From contig JBKHYE010000123.1 of assembly GCA_046565705.1 (NCBI GenBank), forward strand, positions 1,075 through 65,074: DNA of 64,000 bases, written 5' to 3'; not shown here. The DNA comes from Actinomycetes bacterium. GTDB taxonomy: Bacteria; Actinomycetota; Actinomycetes; Mycobacteriales; SCTD01. More model-generated notes on the stretch are below. The model searched no databases. It saw only the letters and a program-made list of their open reading frames with translations, and was not told the DNA's origin. The first letter of the stretch is position 1.

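Noticed and set aside
63887-63889. GTG at 63889 given by the track as the start of the giant ORF
   Set aside because: The frame is already open from position 64000, and the 37 upstream codons continue the same repeat module. This GTG is simply the first start-type codon after the window edge.
23552-64000. Interpretation of the 40-kb gene as an NRPS or PKS megasynthase
   Set aside because: I found no ketosynthase (DTACSS), acyltransferase (GHSxG), condensation (HHxxxDG), adenylation or carrier-protein (GxDS) motifs in the translation. The content is adhesin-type repeats.
47230-64000. Periodic 315-380 nt repetition considered as a CRISPR array or non-coding satellite
   Set aside because: The period is far too long. 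The repeats are diverged at the DNA level but conserved at the protein level in one frame, and there are no short identical direct repeats with unique spacers.

Overview
Very high-GC (by eye above 70%) actinobacterial-type chromosomal DNA. About 63% of the window (23552 to the right edge) is one uninterrupted minus-strand reading frame of at least 13,482 codons. It is still open at position 64000. It encodes a mosaic, beta-rich, apparently extracellular megaprotein. From N to C it has about 37 copies of a 105-125 aa module I cannot assign to a named family, two FG-GAP propeller blocks, Ig-like arrays, irregular and canonical RTX-type calcium-binding repeats, 2 LamG and 4 Calx-beta domains, a HExxHxxGxxH metzincin motif, a proline-rich linker and a C-terminal transmembrane anchor. 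A parallel beta-helix lipoprotein gene follows 19 nt downstream. The left 23 kb holds mostly ordinary genes: the 5' part of a secreted RHS/YD-repeat protein, and a 3.1 kb tRNA-Arg-integrated islet carrying an integrase, a BrnT/BrnA-like pair and an unknown cargo gene. It also holds an acyl-CoA synthetase, RidA, PgsA, an alpha/beta hydrolase, a GAF-PP2C phosphatase and DUF1697. Further genes are a translationally coupled three-gene WXG/T7SS-like operon, two unrelated secreted beta-propeller proteins flanking an MFS transporter, VapBC, DUF4032 and three tRNAs. Many long ORFs in the supplied track are antisense or out-of-frame high-GC artefacts and were rejected. Domain names come from motif recognition by eye; no HMM or database search was run. 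Intra-protein coordinates are approximate (about +/-30 nt).
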